Shown one piece after another: positions 13,901 to 27,766 of a DNA stretch of 64,000 nt. Within the stretch, counting starts at the first letter, position 1; the number at the start of each line of letters is the position of its first letter. The position numbers and the translations under genes were made by a program. Source of the stretch: Utricularia gibba (Eukaryota; Plantae; Magnoliophyta); NCBI GenBank assembly GCA_002189035.1, contig NEEC01000012.1, positions 1 through 64,000 of the forward strand, read 5' to 3'. The notes under the pieces were generated by a model. That model worked only from the letters and a program-made list of their open reading frames with translations. It had not been told where the DNA came from and searched no databases.

Positions 13901-15467
13901 TGAACCAAAAGAAGAGTGGACAGCAAGACAGGGGGGAACATACAGAAAACAGTCTTAAAAAACGTATGCTGAAAATACCAATTTTACTACCTTCCATCAT
14001 CCAATTTCACCAAGTTTACAGCTCCTTCATCAGTTCCAGTATAGTAACTCCCCTTCACTAGCTTACATGGAAGGTTAATTCGGTCCACAAGTACCTAGAA
14101 GCCCAGATTCGTGACACAATGTGAGGACACAAGCCAAACAACCTTTGCGCATAAAGCATAAAAAATGAAATGGTTTGTTTGTTTGTTCTTTTTTTTTTTT
14201 TTTTTGAGAAATAAGCCTATTTATAAAAAAAATGAGGCAGCTCATACTATCCATGTCACTGGTGAATATATATTTGGAAATTCAATGAAAATTACTAATT
14301 AAACCATAAAGAGTAATCCCCGTATGGAAATGACAAAAAAAAAAATTGAAGTAAAAAAAAAGAGGATATTCATGCTACAACCGCTTGAAAGGATTAGTGC
14401 AGCTGAAGCACAACAACCTCTAGATACCTTGAAAAGTAATGCTCTTTGGCGTGAATGCCCAATGTCAAGAGAGCCAAGAGGAAGAATCGCAGTATTCAAG
14501 CGTATTCTTAGTTCCTTGTTCCTTGCTTTCCATCGCCTGAACATGTCTTCTACATCAACAACAGGGCCACCCATCTTATCAACAATGAGGTCAGCAATCC
14601 TCTGAACCAGCAAACCTGTATTCAACGCCTTATCCAAACTGTAGCATTCCAAAGACATAAAATATACTCTTTCCTCAAGTCTACGAAGATCTGTATCACT
14701 TGAACGATTGACTAACACAACCTCCTGACCAATATCATCCAGCACCGAAGCTTTCTCAAGTTCTTGCAGTGACGGAATTCTTGATTGGGAATCTGATTTT
14801 GAGTTCATGCCGCAAACATCATAAAACCCATCTATTACTTTTTCATCATAATTCAGAACATCGTGACACTGCATTGAAAAAATTAATCATCAAACACGGT
14901 CAAAAAATTAGAATAAAAGAAAAAAATAACTGATCGATAATATACATGAGAGAAATTAAGTTAAAAGTAGAAGGCGCGTCACGAAGCCTAATAACTTCAG
15001 CAGAATCCCAACCCCAAAAACAATAAAAACTGAGAATTGGCGAAGAGTTGCCATGAATCACAACTCGACATGAAAATTATCCAATGATATCAAAATTGAA
15101 AATTGAAGCTTACCCAGTATCGCAGAGATAGAAATTCCCCGAGATTTTGGGAAGGCGAGCGGCCGAGGCTAATCTTTTTGGCAGCGTCAATTTGAGCAGT
15201 TTCCGAGTCAACAGCACTTCGACCTTGATCGGAAACGCTAATTGCTAGCGCCAATTGCAATTCGAACTCCTCCTCGAAGAAACTAAAACTTCCATCGGAG
15301 GTCGAATTCTCGTTCTCCGATGATAACGATGCTTGGGGCAAATCAAAGGAGGGCGATGGCTGCGATGAAGAACTCTGAGGGGATGGATCCAGCGGAGGAG
15401 GACGCCCATGGTGGTGGTTATGATCCCCGATGTGAAGTTTGCGCAGGAAATGCTTCACCTTGGACAT
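10957..15467 (-). CDS. B3-group Raf-like MAPKKK, EDR1/CTR1 family (most like Arabidopsis AT5G11850 from memory); 13 coding exons, intact
   Basis: N-terminus [14 protein letters not shown]; EDR1 domain ([15 protein letters not shown]|[20 protein letters not shown]); kinase motifs GERIGIG|[31 protein letters not shown]. All introns traced as GT-AG; TAA at 10957-10959. Confidence 0.95.
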
Positions 15468-16201
15468 GTTCTGCTCGTTTCATCGATAAAAAACGAGACA
15501 GAATCAGATAAACAGCCGCAGGAAATCCTCTTGTTTCTCGATCCGATGGATTAATCGCTTACCAGATCCGGGAAATTGAGGCCAGAATCCACGGAGATTA
15601 GTGGGAATTTTGGGATAACGCGGTTTTCAACATGCGCACTGGAGAGAAGGCTTCTTCGTCATTAAGCTAAAATAATACTTACAACCTGTCGTTCCCTCCA
15701 AGCCCGTGCATTCAAGGGTGCGGATCGAGATCGGGTCCATCAACCGGGTCAATCGGATTTTATACAAACAGTCCAACGCCATTTATTAAATTGTTGGGGA
15801 AAAAATTTCATTTATTTATTCCAGAAACATATACTTTTATATTATAGAATTAGTTTGTCTTGGGAAATGGTGCACCGACGGTCATGGGCCGGGCAAACGG
15901 GTAAATGAGTTTTGATTATCTCACTGCTTCGTAGGCATAATCGTCAATACACTGCGCCGCCTCCCCAGCCGGTTAAAATAAACACAGCCCTAGCTAGCCA
16001 TCCCTCCCCTTTGAAGTTTCTACTTTCCTACGGTTTCCCGCTCCTGCAGGTGAGTAGAGTGAATGCCCTAAACCGGGGCTTCGTTGGTTATTGCTCTTGG
16101 GGTCCGTGTTCTCTGCAGCGTTTTTTGTGATGAAGAATTATGGAGCTTGCAATGTATTTGTGTCTGATCTGTTTCTTAGCGTTTATTTGGGAACCAGGTA
16201 A
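15468..16201. promoter_or_regulatory. Divergent promoter of the Raf-like kinase and UAP56; both have predicted 5'UTR introns (15471-15562 on -, 16050-16198 on +)
   Basis: Start codons 735 bp apart head-to-head; site II TGGGCC at 15885-15890; splice signals CTG|GTAAGC...GAGCAG|AACATG and CAG|GTGAGT...CCAG|GTAAATG. Confidence 0.6.
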
Positions 16202-19023
<2,822 letters not shown>

Positions 19024-19628
19024 GAGAGGTCATCTCCCCAGCCTCGACGATGATCAGAAAGCGCATGGGGTTGTGTTCTTTCTCAGTGGATTCTTAAATG
19101 TGCATTATCTAGAGCCATTTTGGGCAGGATCTCTTTCTTTTTTTTTTTTTGGTTTAGAGCGGATTGTTGCTAAGATTACTAGCCAGGTGCCAGGCAATCC
19201 GTAACCATATAGGATGGGTGTGTTCTTGCTTTGCTTTATTTGCACAAGATTTGATCTTTCAAACGCGGAAGGCATGGCTGTATCCGCATTTCGATTCGTG
19301 TGTTCTAAAGGCCAAGGTGTTTCTAACGAGATCCCCGATCCTACGACGCTTTTTCAAGCCCTGTCAAAATCTTCAACAAAAGCATTGGACTGCAGGGCAA
19401 AGAGAATCCTTGACCGTTGTCGTATATTTCAAGAATGCAACAATGGGAGTGCTGTTTTGGGTGTCGTATCATGGATTCAGACCATCACACTAAAAAATAC
19501 ACGAATAAAAAGATGAAAGACAAACGCCCATGGTTGCGCTGACGCAAGAAAACCTTCTACAAGAGCTTCCCCTCGAGGCTTTTGGATGCTCTATCTCCTG
19601 GTATATGTTACATAACATCACGACGCGC

Positions 19629-22600
19629 CTAGCAGTTGACACCACACTGGCCTTGCGCAGCTCGCCTCGTTGCGTCTGAGGTGAAGGGATCGATCCTGAC
19701 CCAGAGTAGGGAGAAAATAGATGCAAGGAGGATCGACCAAACGATGACAATGGTTGGTGTGCGGTTTTGCCGGCCCAGCAAACCTTTCAGGAATGGATAA
19801 AGATGGACGATCACCCAAATGGAGAAGAAGAGTTTTCCAAAGAGAGGCCCCCAGGATTGATAACCGCTGTTGATTGCATAAGAGACACCAGCAACGATCC
19901 CTACCAAGTTGAGGATGAGGACTGTGGTGGGAGGTATGAGAAGGGATGTCCATTTGAAGACATAGAGCTCTGCAAAGTCGCCATCATCATCTGATGCCTT
20001 TGAGGTGACAGTGAAGTTAGTGTCGATGCCAGCAAGCACTTTCAGGAGACCTTGAAAGACAGCAAAGAGATGTGCTGATGTTCCACCAATGACCCAAAAC
20101 TGCTCATTTCTCCACCAGTCCTCAACAGTAACTCCACTCCATCTCATTTCCAGAATGCCAGTGGCGAAAATCGAGATGAAGAGAAGAATGAACCACATGC
20201 TAGCGAAATTGCTTATCTGCATAGGAACATAGAACAAACTTGGAGTGCCGGGAAAAATCTTGGGAAACTTCTGAAACAATGAGAGATTTACCACCAACCT
20301 CTGGTATGATGAATTTGTTTGTGAGAAGACAGATAGCAGGAAGAATGCAATAAGCAAGCAATGGGATAGAGGTCAGTGGATACACTATTGTGTTGATGTA
20401 TGCAAGCCTTTCCAAGAGCTGCAGCCGCCCACTGTAACCATACCATATCGGACAATGGCGACTGAGAAGAATTTCGATAGATCCCAACGCCCACCGGAGC
20501 ACCTGGTTCAACCGATCTGATAGATTGATAGGTGCAGATCCCTTAAAAGCTGGGCGAGGCGGCATGCAGTAGATTGAAATCCATCCACGTGCGTGCATTT
20601 TAAACCCTGTTAGAATATCTTCTGTGACAGAACCATAGATCCATCCAATCTGCAAAATTCAAGGAAAAAAACCTCATGGAACTCTGAAAAAAATGAGGAA
20701 TAGTGATTTTGTTAGTAGCAACTTATAAATTCCATGAATAAGCAGAAGCAGATAGTGAGACAGGGCAAGATGATTATGAAGAGTCATAATTGCCATTACC
20801 TCTTTCCCCCATTCAGTTTTGTCTTCAAATCCACAACTAATAACATGGATGGCCTCTTTCAAAGAGAAGCAGGACTTGTCGTAGGAGGAATGCCTCCATT
20901 TTCCATGAATGTGGCCGCAATAAAGACTGGAGACTGGCCAAATCGCTTCTCCAAGCTCTTCTGGCTCATAAGTAGCGACTTCTCTTCATCGTATCCTGCC
21001 AAAACACTTAAATAAATGATCAATTCAGGAAAAAGACTCATAACCATCCACGTCTTGAAAGTATGACTACCTTCAACACCCTCGTCTATGTCATCAGCAT
21101 TAAACATAGGAACAGAAGATTCACTTCTTTTCACTGCTGGCTTTATATCACTATCCTTCTTGTTTGAATTTCTCCCTCTCTTCTTGGAGCCACAACAGCT
21201 TCTAACAAGAATGTTTGGCTGCAAATCTTCCTCCGTTAGAACAGGATCATATCCATAGAGTGCTTGCCTGTTGAAGCAACAACCAGTTCCCACATAAACA
21301 GGGCCCTGAAGGCCATCCAGTCCCTTCAAATTAATCTGGAAGAGCATTCAGTTACAGGAACTTCAGTTATCAGGAATAATTTCCTCAAGTAGTAATGTAG
21401 TGCTAAGGATCTCCACATACATCGAAAAACACAATATTGCGGTTAGCATATCTGTCATGCAAGTCAATGCCGTCAAAACGTTGTGGGAACTGAACATAAC
21501 AAGTCTTCTTCCCATAAGCAGGATCCATCATAAAACACATGGCTTCTTTCAAAGCTTTGCTGTTGTTGAAGTAGTGATCACAATCAACATTCAGAAGATA
21601 TGCTCCATTTGTGAGAACAGCAGATACACGAATCTGAAAAAATAATTATGCATCATATCATGGAGAAACTCATATATTGTAGGACAAGATTAATATGGAT
21701 CAAAAATCCCATACCAAAGCATTCATTGCACCAGCTTTCTTGTGATGCTGGAATCCTGGGCGCTTCTCACGAGAAACATAGACCAGCCTAGGAAGTTCAT
21801 TTCCATCTGTATCAAGGCCACCACTGTGCCCAAGAAAGACCTGCCATATGAAAGAATTAGAACAAGTGCAAATAGACAAATTGTCATCATGAGCCCAAAA
21901 AATTACCTGGATCATTCCAGGATGATCACGAGTGTTGTTCCCAGGCCAAGGAGTTCCATCTTGCATTGTCCATCCCTCTTCGGGCATCTTTTGAGCTTTT
22001 GCAACGAGGGCATTGATACGTACTTTAAATTCTTCATATTCTCTCTGAAATACAATAGTAACATGATGGCACGAACACACAAGTTTTAGCATAAAAATGA
22101 AAACTAGACACTGAAATGTACCTTCATTGCTCGGCGCTCTTTAACAAAAGAAGGTTGAATCTTATCTTTTAGGTAGTCAATCTTCTGAAGAAAATAAAAC
22201 TCAGGGGCCCTGGGCTCAATGTTATGTTTCTTGCAGAAAGGAACCCATTTACGGGCAAATTCAGCTGTCTCAGAAAGGGCCTCGAACGTGAGCATTGCAG
22301 CACCATCATCAGAAACATAACAGGATACTTTATCCACAGGGTAATCCACAGCAAGAATGGACAACACAGTATTGGCAGTTACAATGGGAGGCTCTTTCAT
22401 TGGGTCCACTGTACTAACAAACACGTCAACAGGTGCCAACTGGGATGGCTCACCTTCTCTATCATATCTGAAAACGACTTTACATTTTTCAGCATGGTGA
22501 TTGGTGAAGAAATGATACCCCCAAATAATGGTTCATGCCCTTTGGCTCCATTACACGTTACAGGAACGTAAGTTATGTAAACATATATGTGAACAGACAC

Positions 22601-24524
22601 TCACCTCAGAGCTAATCTATCGAGGTATGTCTCACGGTTGACAGGATACCATTTGGGAAATTGGTCAAGAAGCCATGATAAGGCAAACCATATCTCACAT
22701 ATAACTGATGTGAGCCATAATGGATAAGCATCGCGTACAGGGTGGGTGCACCGGTATTGCAAGAAGAAGCCCAAGATAATCAGCCGAAGAACAATTATAA
22801 TGCGATATGGTGTAAGATGAGAAGAATCAATTGACACAACACGGCTCAATGGTTGCCGCGCATCATCTGCCCTGTTTCAAAGGAAAAAAAAAAGAACAAA
22901 CTATTGAAATCAACTACACTATCTCGACCAAACAGCATCACACATCAATGTGATTTGAAGGAAAACAAAATGATCTCAAAACTATCTATAGATATTTCAA
23001 GGAACAATCAACTCAATTCAAGTAAAAAATTGTCAGCTTTTGAGAAAACAAAATGCTTTAAAACTCACATCATAAGTTCTTCTCCATTGGACCCAGTGCC
23101 TTCAATATCTCCTTTCCCTTCAGAGTATCTGTTTGCAGAATGTACCATGTTTCTCTCCTGCTTAAGCTTCCATCCTTCCACCCTCTCTTTCCAGTCCACA
23201 TTACCAAGTCCATAAGAATTCAAATCTTTTGAAGGATCAACAATTCTTACAGGCACTGCAAACATTGTTGGAAAATTCAGATGATTGTGTATCACCTTGA
23301 TTTGCTGTTGTATCCTCATGCAAAAAATACTAGTCAGTACAAACCTGGCTGTCTGGGATCAACATATGGAAGGGAGTGGACACGATCTGCTGGTCCCAAA
23401 GGTCCTGATGTACTTCGTATAGAATTGGTGTCTTGCATAGAAGGGGGTGGCATCTCACTGGAAACCTGCCAGTAAACATAACAGAAATCAGACATGTCAT
23501 CTCTAACAAAACTCATTAGACGAAGTTCTAAAACGCACAGGCTGCCCGTTAGTAAGACGAGGAATTGGTTGCTGAGAGTCACGTCTGGAAGATGCAGATA
23601 GCTCGAGGTCATCACGATGCCACTGGTTTTTCGCCTTTCTTTTGTTCTGGGGATAACTGAACTCATCGTCCAAATCATCTACATCATCTTCTTCATCATC
23701 ACCATCAACTCTTTGACTCCCTAAAGTAGACAGGGTAATAGTTTTCATTGATAATGAAGGAAAAAGGTAAATTAAAATAGAAAGAAAATACGGAATCAAA
23801 CCCACCCTTTTGCCGCTTGTACCGGGTCTTGCACTGGGGGCACGACTGGTTTCCCTCTTTCCGCTCATATTCATAACAAGCCCGGCAAACTGGGAATGCG
23901 CATTCATTGCATGCAACAAACGTATCACCATTCGCAGTGAATCCAACATTCTCTCCACATATCTGGCATATTTGGCCATTCAAGTTCTTGAGAGGCCTTG
24001 CCTGCGATTTGAACAAAGTCAGTGAGTGTTTCTAAATCCCATGGAAACGGGAAACTCTGCTTATGTGAAAAAGTCAAAACAAATTCAATAAGACGTAAGA
24101 GATCAAACCCCAAGCCCAGAATAAATAAACTATCAGTTGCTCATCACCCATGGGCAAAACAATAAAACACTCGTGGATGAAACCCAAAATCAGGTAAAAA
24201 TATTTAATTGAAGTGAAGCAAGATCCACTGAAGCATACTCCACAAAGATCTCAAATCCCACGCAAATAGCGCCAGGCCAATTTACCCATCCGCATCAAGA
24301 TCAATTTTTTATGTACAAAATGCCACTTCACCACGAAGAGAACTAGATCCAGTCACAACAAATAACAAGAGAGGAAGGCAATCCAACAAGCCCTCGTATA
24401 ATCCCAACCAAAATGAACAAACCAAATAACCAAAGAAACATACCCCACTATCCGAATCATGACGAATCCTCACAATCTCATTTCTCTTATGCGATCCAGC
24501 CACCATTCCCGTGTTCACCTCCAT
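19629..24524 (-). CDS. CESA1: Cellulose synthase A catalytic subunit, CesA1 clade; 14 exons; apparent 1-nt deletion at 20861-20863
   Basis: [23 protein letters not shown], zinc finger CQICG..CNEC..CRAC..CPQC, DDG, DCD, TED, QVLRW, C-terminus [14 protein letters not shown]. Confidence 0.96.
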
Positions 24525-25679
24525 TTTTCCTCGAGGCGGGACTCGGCAGAAGTAAACTGAGGGAGAAAAGGATGAACCTACGCCTCCATTACTGAATCCT
24601 TGCCCCCTCCTGCTTACACCACTACGTTCACTCAAGAAAGAGAGAGAGAGATCAAGCTATCATGTCCGAATGCATTAAGAAATATCTTTTTAACTGCTCA
24701 GCCGGTAGCCCGTCAATGACGTTGCTTTCTCATGGTTGGTACTCGTAGCTCAAACCACTGCACATGGCGTAACTGCTAGAAGATTCTATGGTTGCATATC
24801 CTCCAAGTCACTGTCGTCATAGATCGCTGTGGACAGCCTGTGCTACGTGCGACCGGCTGTAACCGGTTCCATCTGTCGGTGTCGGTTCCCATTGATCTGG
24901 TTTCACAGGATGTCCCTCCTCCCCCCCCAGTTATCTGTAATTGCAGAAGAACCCCATATTACTCAACCGTGATTTCATTGTGGAACACACAAACAGATGT
25001 TCACATATAGATAATGTTCGAAATTCGTATTTACAAATCCAAATGCCGGTTAAATTTAAGGTGAAATGACCAAATTTCAAAAAATTTTGACAATTTCAAA
25101 CATTGGTGCTAAAGTTACTTTATTATTTCTGTTTTGATCTTATCAAAAGTGTCACTCGAGAATCGGATGTCAGATAATCAAAATAAACATGATAATTTCC
25201 ATTAAAAAAAGATAATTATTTAAATTGCATTTTTCAAAATTTGAAAATAAATACACAAATTGGATTCTTCCTCTTAGCTTGGTGGTTCAACATCACACAA
25301 GTTCCTACTTTGCATCCAAGCTTTGTCTCCTATGGTTTTCCCATTCTAAACCATCTATTAGGACTGTGCTCATTGTGTCCAGTTGTTCCTTGATAACCCT
25401 GTCATTCTTTTCCTTCTCATCTTGGAGTAAAGTTCGCTCCTCACCTTGAAGTTTGAGGGATACTACTTCTCTATCCCCTTTAGGTTTGAAAACTCTATTT
25501 TCTTGTCAACTTTATACAAGTGTTAACAAAAGTCATAAATATAAGTGACATAAAAATCAATTATTAGTTATTATTCATATATGTATCGTTTTACATATAA
25601 CTATTTCTATATTATTTTATTTTCTATGATGAGATTAAGTAAATTAATCTCATATATTTGTATTTTATACAAATAAACT

Positions 25680-26709
25680 GAGAATCGGTGCGCAATTACC
25701 GCGAATGCACGGTGAGTTTTTTAATTTTTATTTTATTTTTAATATTTTTAATCAATGATTTTAATAATACATATTTATTTATTTATTTAACAAATAAAAA
25801 ACATAACCAATTCATTTGATTTTTTTCATATTTTCGTTCATATTTATCTCGAGTGCTAGATCACCATTAATCGATTGATGTCATAATCCACCATTCAAAA
25901 TACGATAATTATCATTTATCGAATATTGTTTTAATTTTCATTTTTTAAAATTTTTAATTTGAAATTTATATTTTTGAATTTGTGAATCTGATGTTATGGT
26001 ATCTGCAAATTGTTGATTTTTAGTTTTAATCTATTTATATTCAGTTTTTATTTGATTATGATTATGGAAATATATTCTGATTCTAGAAATAATAATATAA
26101 ATAATCTATGGAAATTTATTTTCAAAACTCCAATTGGATCCATCTCAAGAGCAAATCGGTACAATATTTGTTTCATTAATTTTATAGTTTAAAATTAATT
26201 TTATTTTAGCATTTTAAAAAATATTTTAATATAATTTAGATATTATAAATTGAAATTGCCTTAAGATATATAAGTGCGGGTGCGTGAATTCGTCAATTTC
26301 AGGAATTCAGGTGCGTTTATTCGTGATTTGAAAATTTATGGTTACGTTGTAGTAATTTTAATTTATAATACTTAAATTATATTAATTTATTTTTGAAAAT
26401 ACTAAAATAAACTAATTTCAAATAAAAAAATTAATGAAACAAATATTGTACGAATATATGTATTTTCTATTGAAATACATTTTCATACACTATTTATGTC
26501 ATTATTATCAGAATTAGAAGATATTTTTATAATCTTGATCAAATAATAAATAAATATAAATATATTAGAATTAAAAAATCAATAATTTACATATATCATA
26601 ACATAAGATTCACAAATCTATAAATATAAATTCCAAATAAAAAATTTAATATTTGAAAATTAAAGTGATAACCAATAAATGATAATCATCAAACTTTTAA
26701 TATTAATAT

Positions 26710-26742
<33 letters not shown>

Positions 26743-26870
26743 CATCATCATTATTAAACTTATTTATTAAAAATATTAAAATTTTTTAAAAAAATAAGGT
26801 ACGGCGAATCCACACTGGATTCATCGTGCCCGTGCATCAAGTGCGCTAGAAATTAGAATCACCGATTCAG
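25680..26870. mobile_element. AT-rich foldback element (long imperfect inverted repeat, ~90 bp loop), MULE/FB-like non-autonomous element
   Basis: Perfect 25-bp inverted repeat at 26159-26183 / 26427-26451; arm homology continues outward to ~25715/~26800 and inward to ~26260/~26348; ends share GAATCGGTG in inverted orientation. Confidence 0.75.
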
Positions 26871-27456
26871 GTAAATTATGATTAAATAGTAAAGGTCATG
26901 GTATATTTAGATATTATGTATCACCAATTATCAAACTTGTAATTAAGATATATTATTAAAAATAAGAAAAAATTTAATATTCAACTAAATGACTCTTAAT
27001 CTATTGCGTTCTATATTGGTAGGTCTTCTACTCCTCAACGGCTGATCTTGGCCATCCCTTTTAAAGCCTTGTCAAGCGGTAAGGTGTTAGGATCGATAAA
27101 TGTGTGTACCTGAAGATTTTGATCTAAAATGAAAGACATAAAAATACAGACTTTCGTAATTCGGAAACCAGAAAAACAAATCAGGGAGCTCAACATATAA
27201 AACAAATTGATTTCACTAAAACCAAAGAAATCAATATAACAAAATGATCAACACATGATCACAGAACCAAATATGATATTATAGAATAGATCATGTAGAG
27301 AACATAGGGATGAAGTTCTCTTTAGAACTTCAAAAAGCAATGGTCTACTTAAAAGCCCATCCAATATACCGTAGTGCTGTCCTATGGAAGATTATTTTAT
27401 AAATAGGTAACTTGTTTTATTAATCAAATTTTGTGGACAAGTATGGTTATACATCA

Positions 27457-27537
27457 GTCGCTTTGGCCGAGTGGTTAAGGCGTGTGCCTGCTAAGTACAT
27501 GGGGTTTCCCGCGAGAGTTCGAATCTCTCAGGCGACG
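27457..27537 (+). tRNA. trnS-GCT: tRNA-Ser(GCT), followed by an oligo-T Pol III terminator
   Basis: GTCGCTTTGGCCGAGTGGTTAAGG...GTTCGAATC...GGCGACG; anticodon stem TGTGC/GTACA with loop CT-GCT-AA; long variable arm; T run at ~27540-27547. Confidence 0.97.
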
Positions 27538-27766
27538 TATTTTTTTATCTCTTTGCTTTAACTTGAAAAATAGGCATTATTATGGGAATATCCTTCTACA
27601 CCCAAAAAAAGAAAAACGAAAAATCCAATAAGGTAGTTAGAGGTTAACGGATTGCAACAACTTCCTCTGTGCATTAAGTTCAGCTCCCCAACACTCGTGG
27701 TGTCCAGAATGTTTGGTGACTCATTGCTACCTTTTACTCCTATACATATCATCCTGGTTGCTACAC

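Noticed and set aside
19214-19516. 100-aa Cys-containing ORF with a hydrophobic N-terminus between UAP56 and CesA1
   Set aside because: Lies within the expected overlapping 3'UTRs and has no recognisable peptide-family motif; likely chance.
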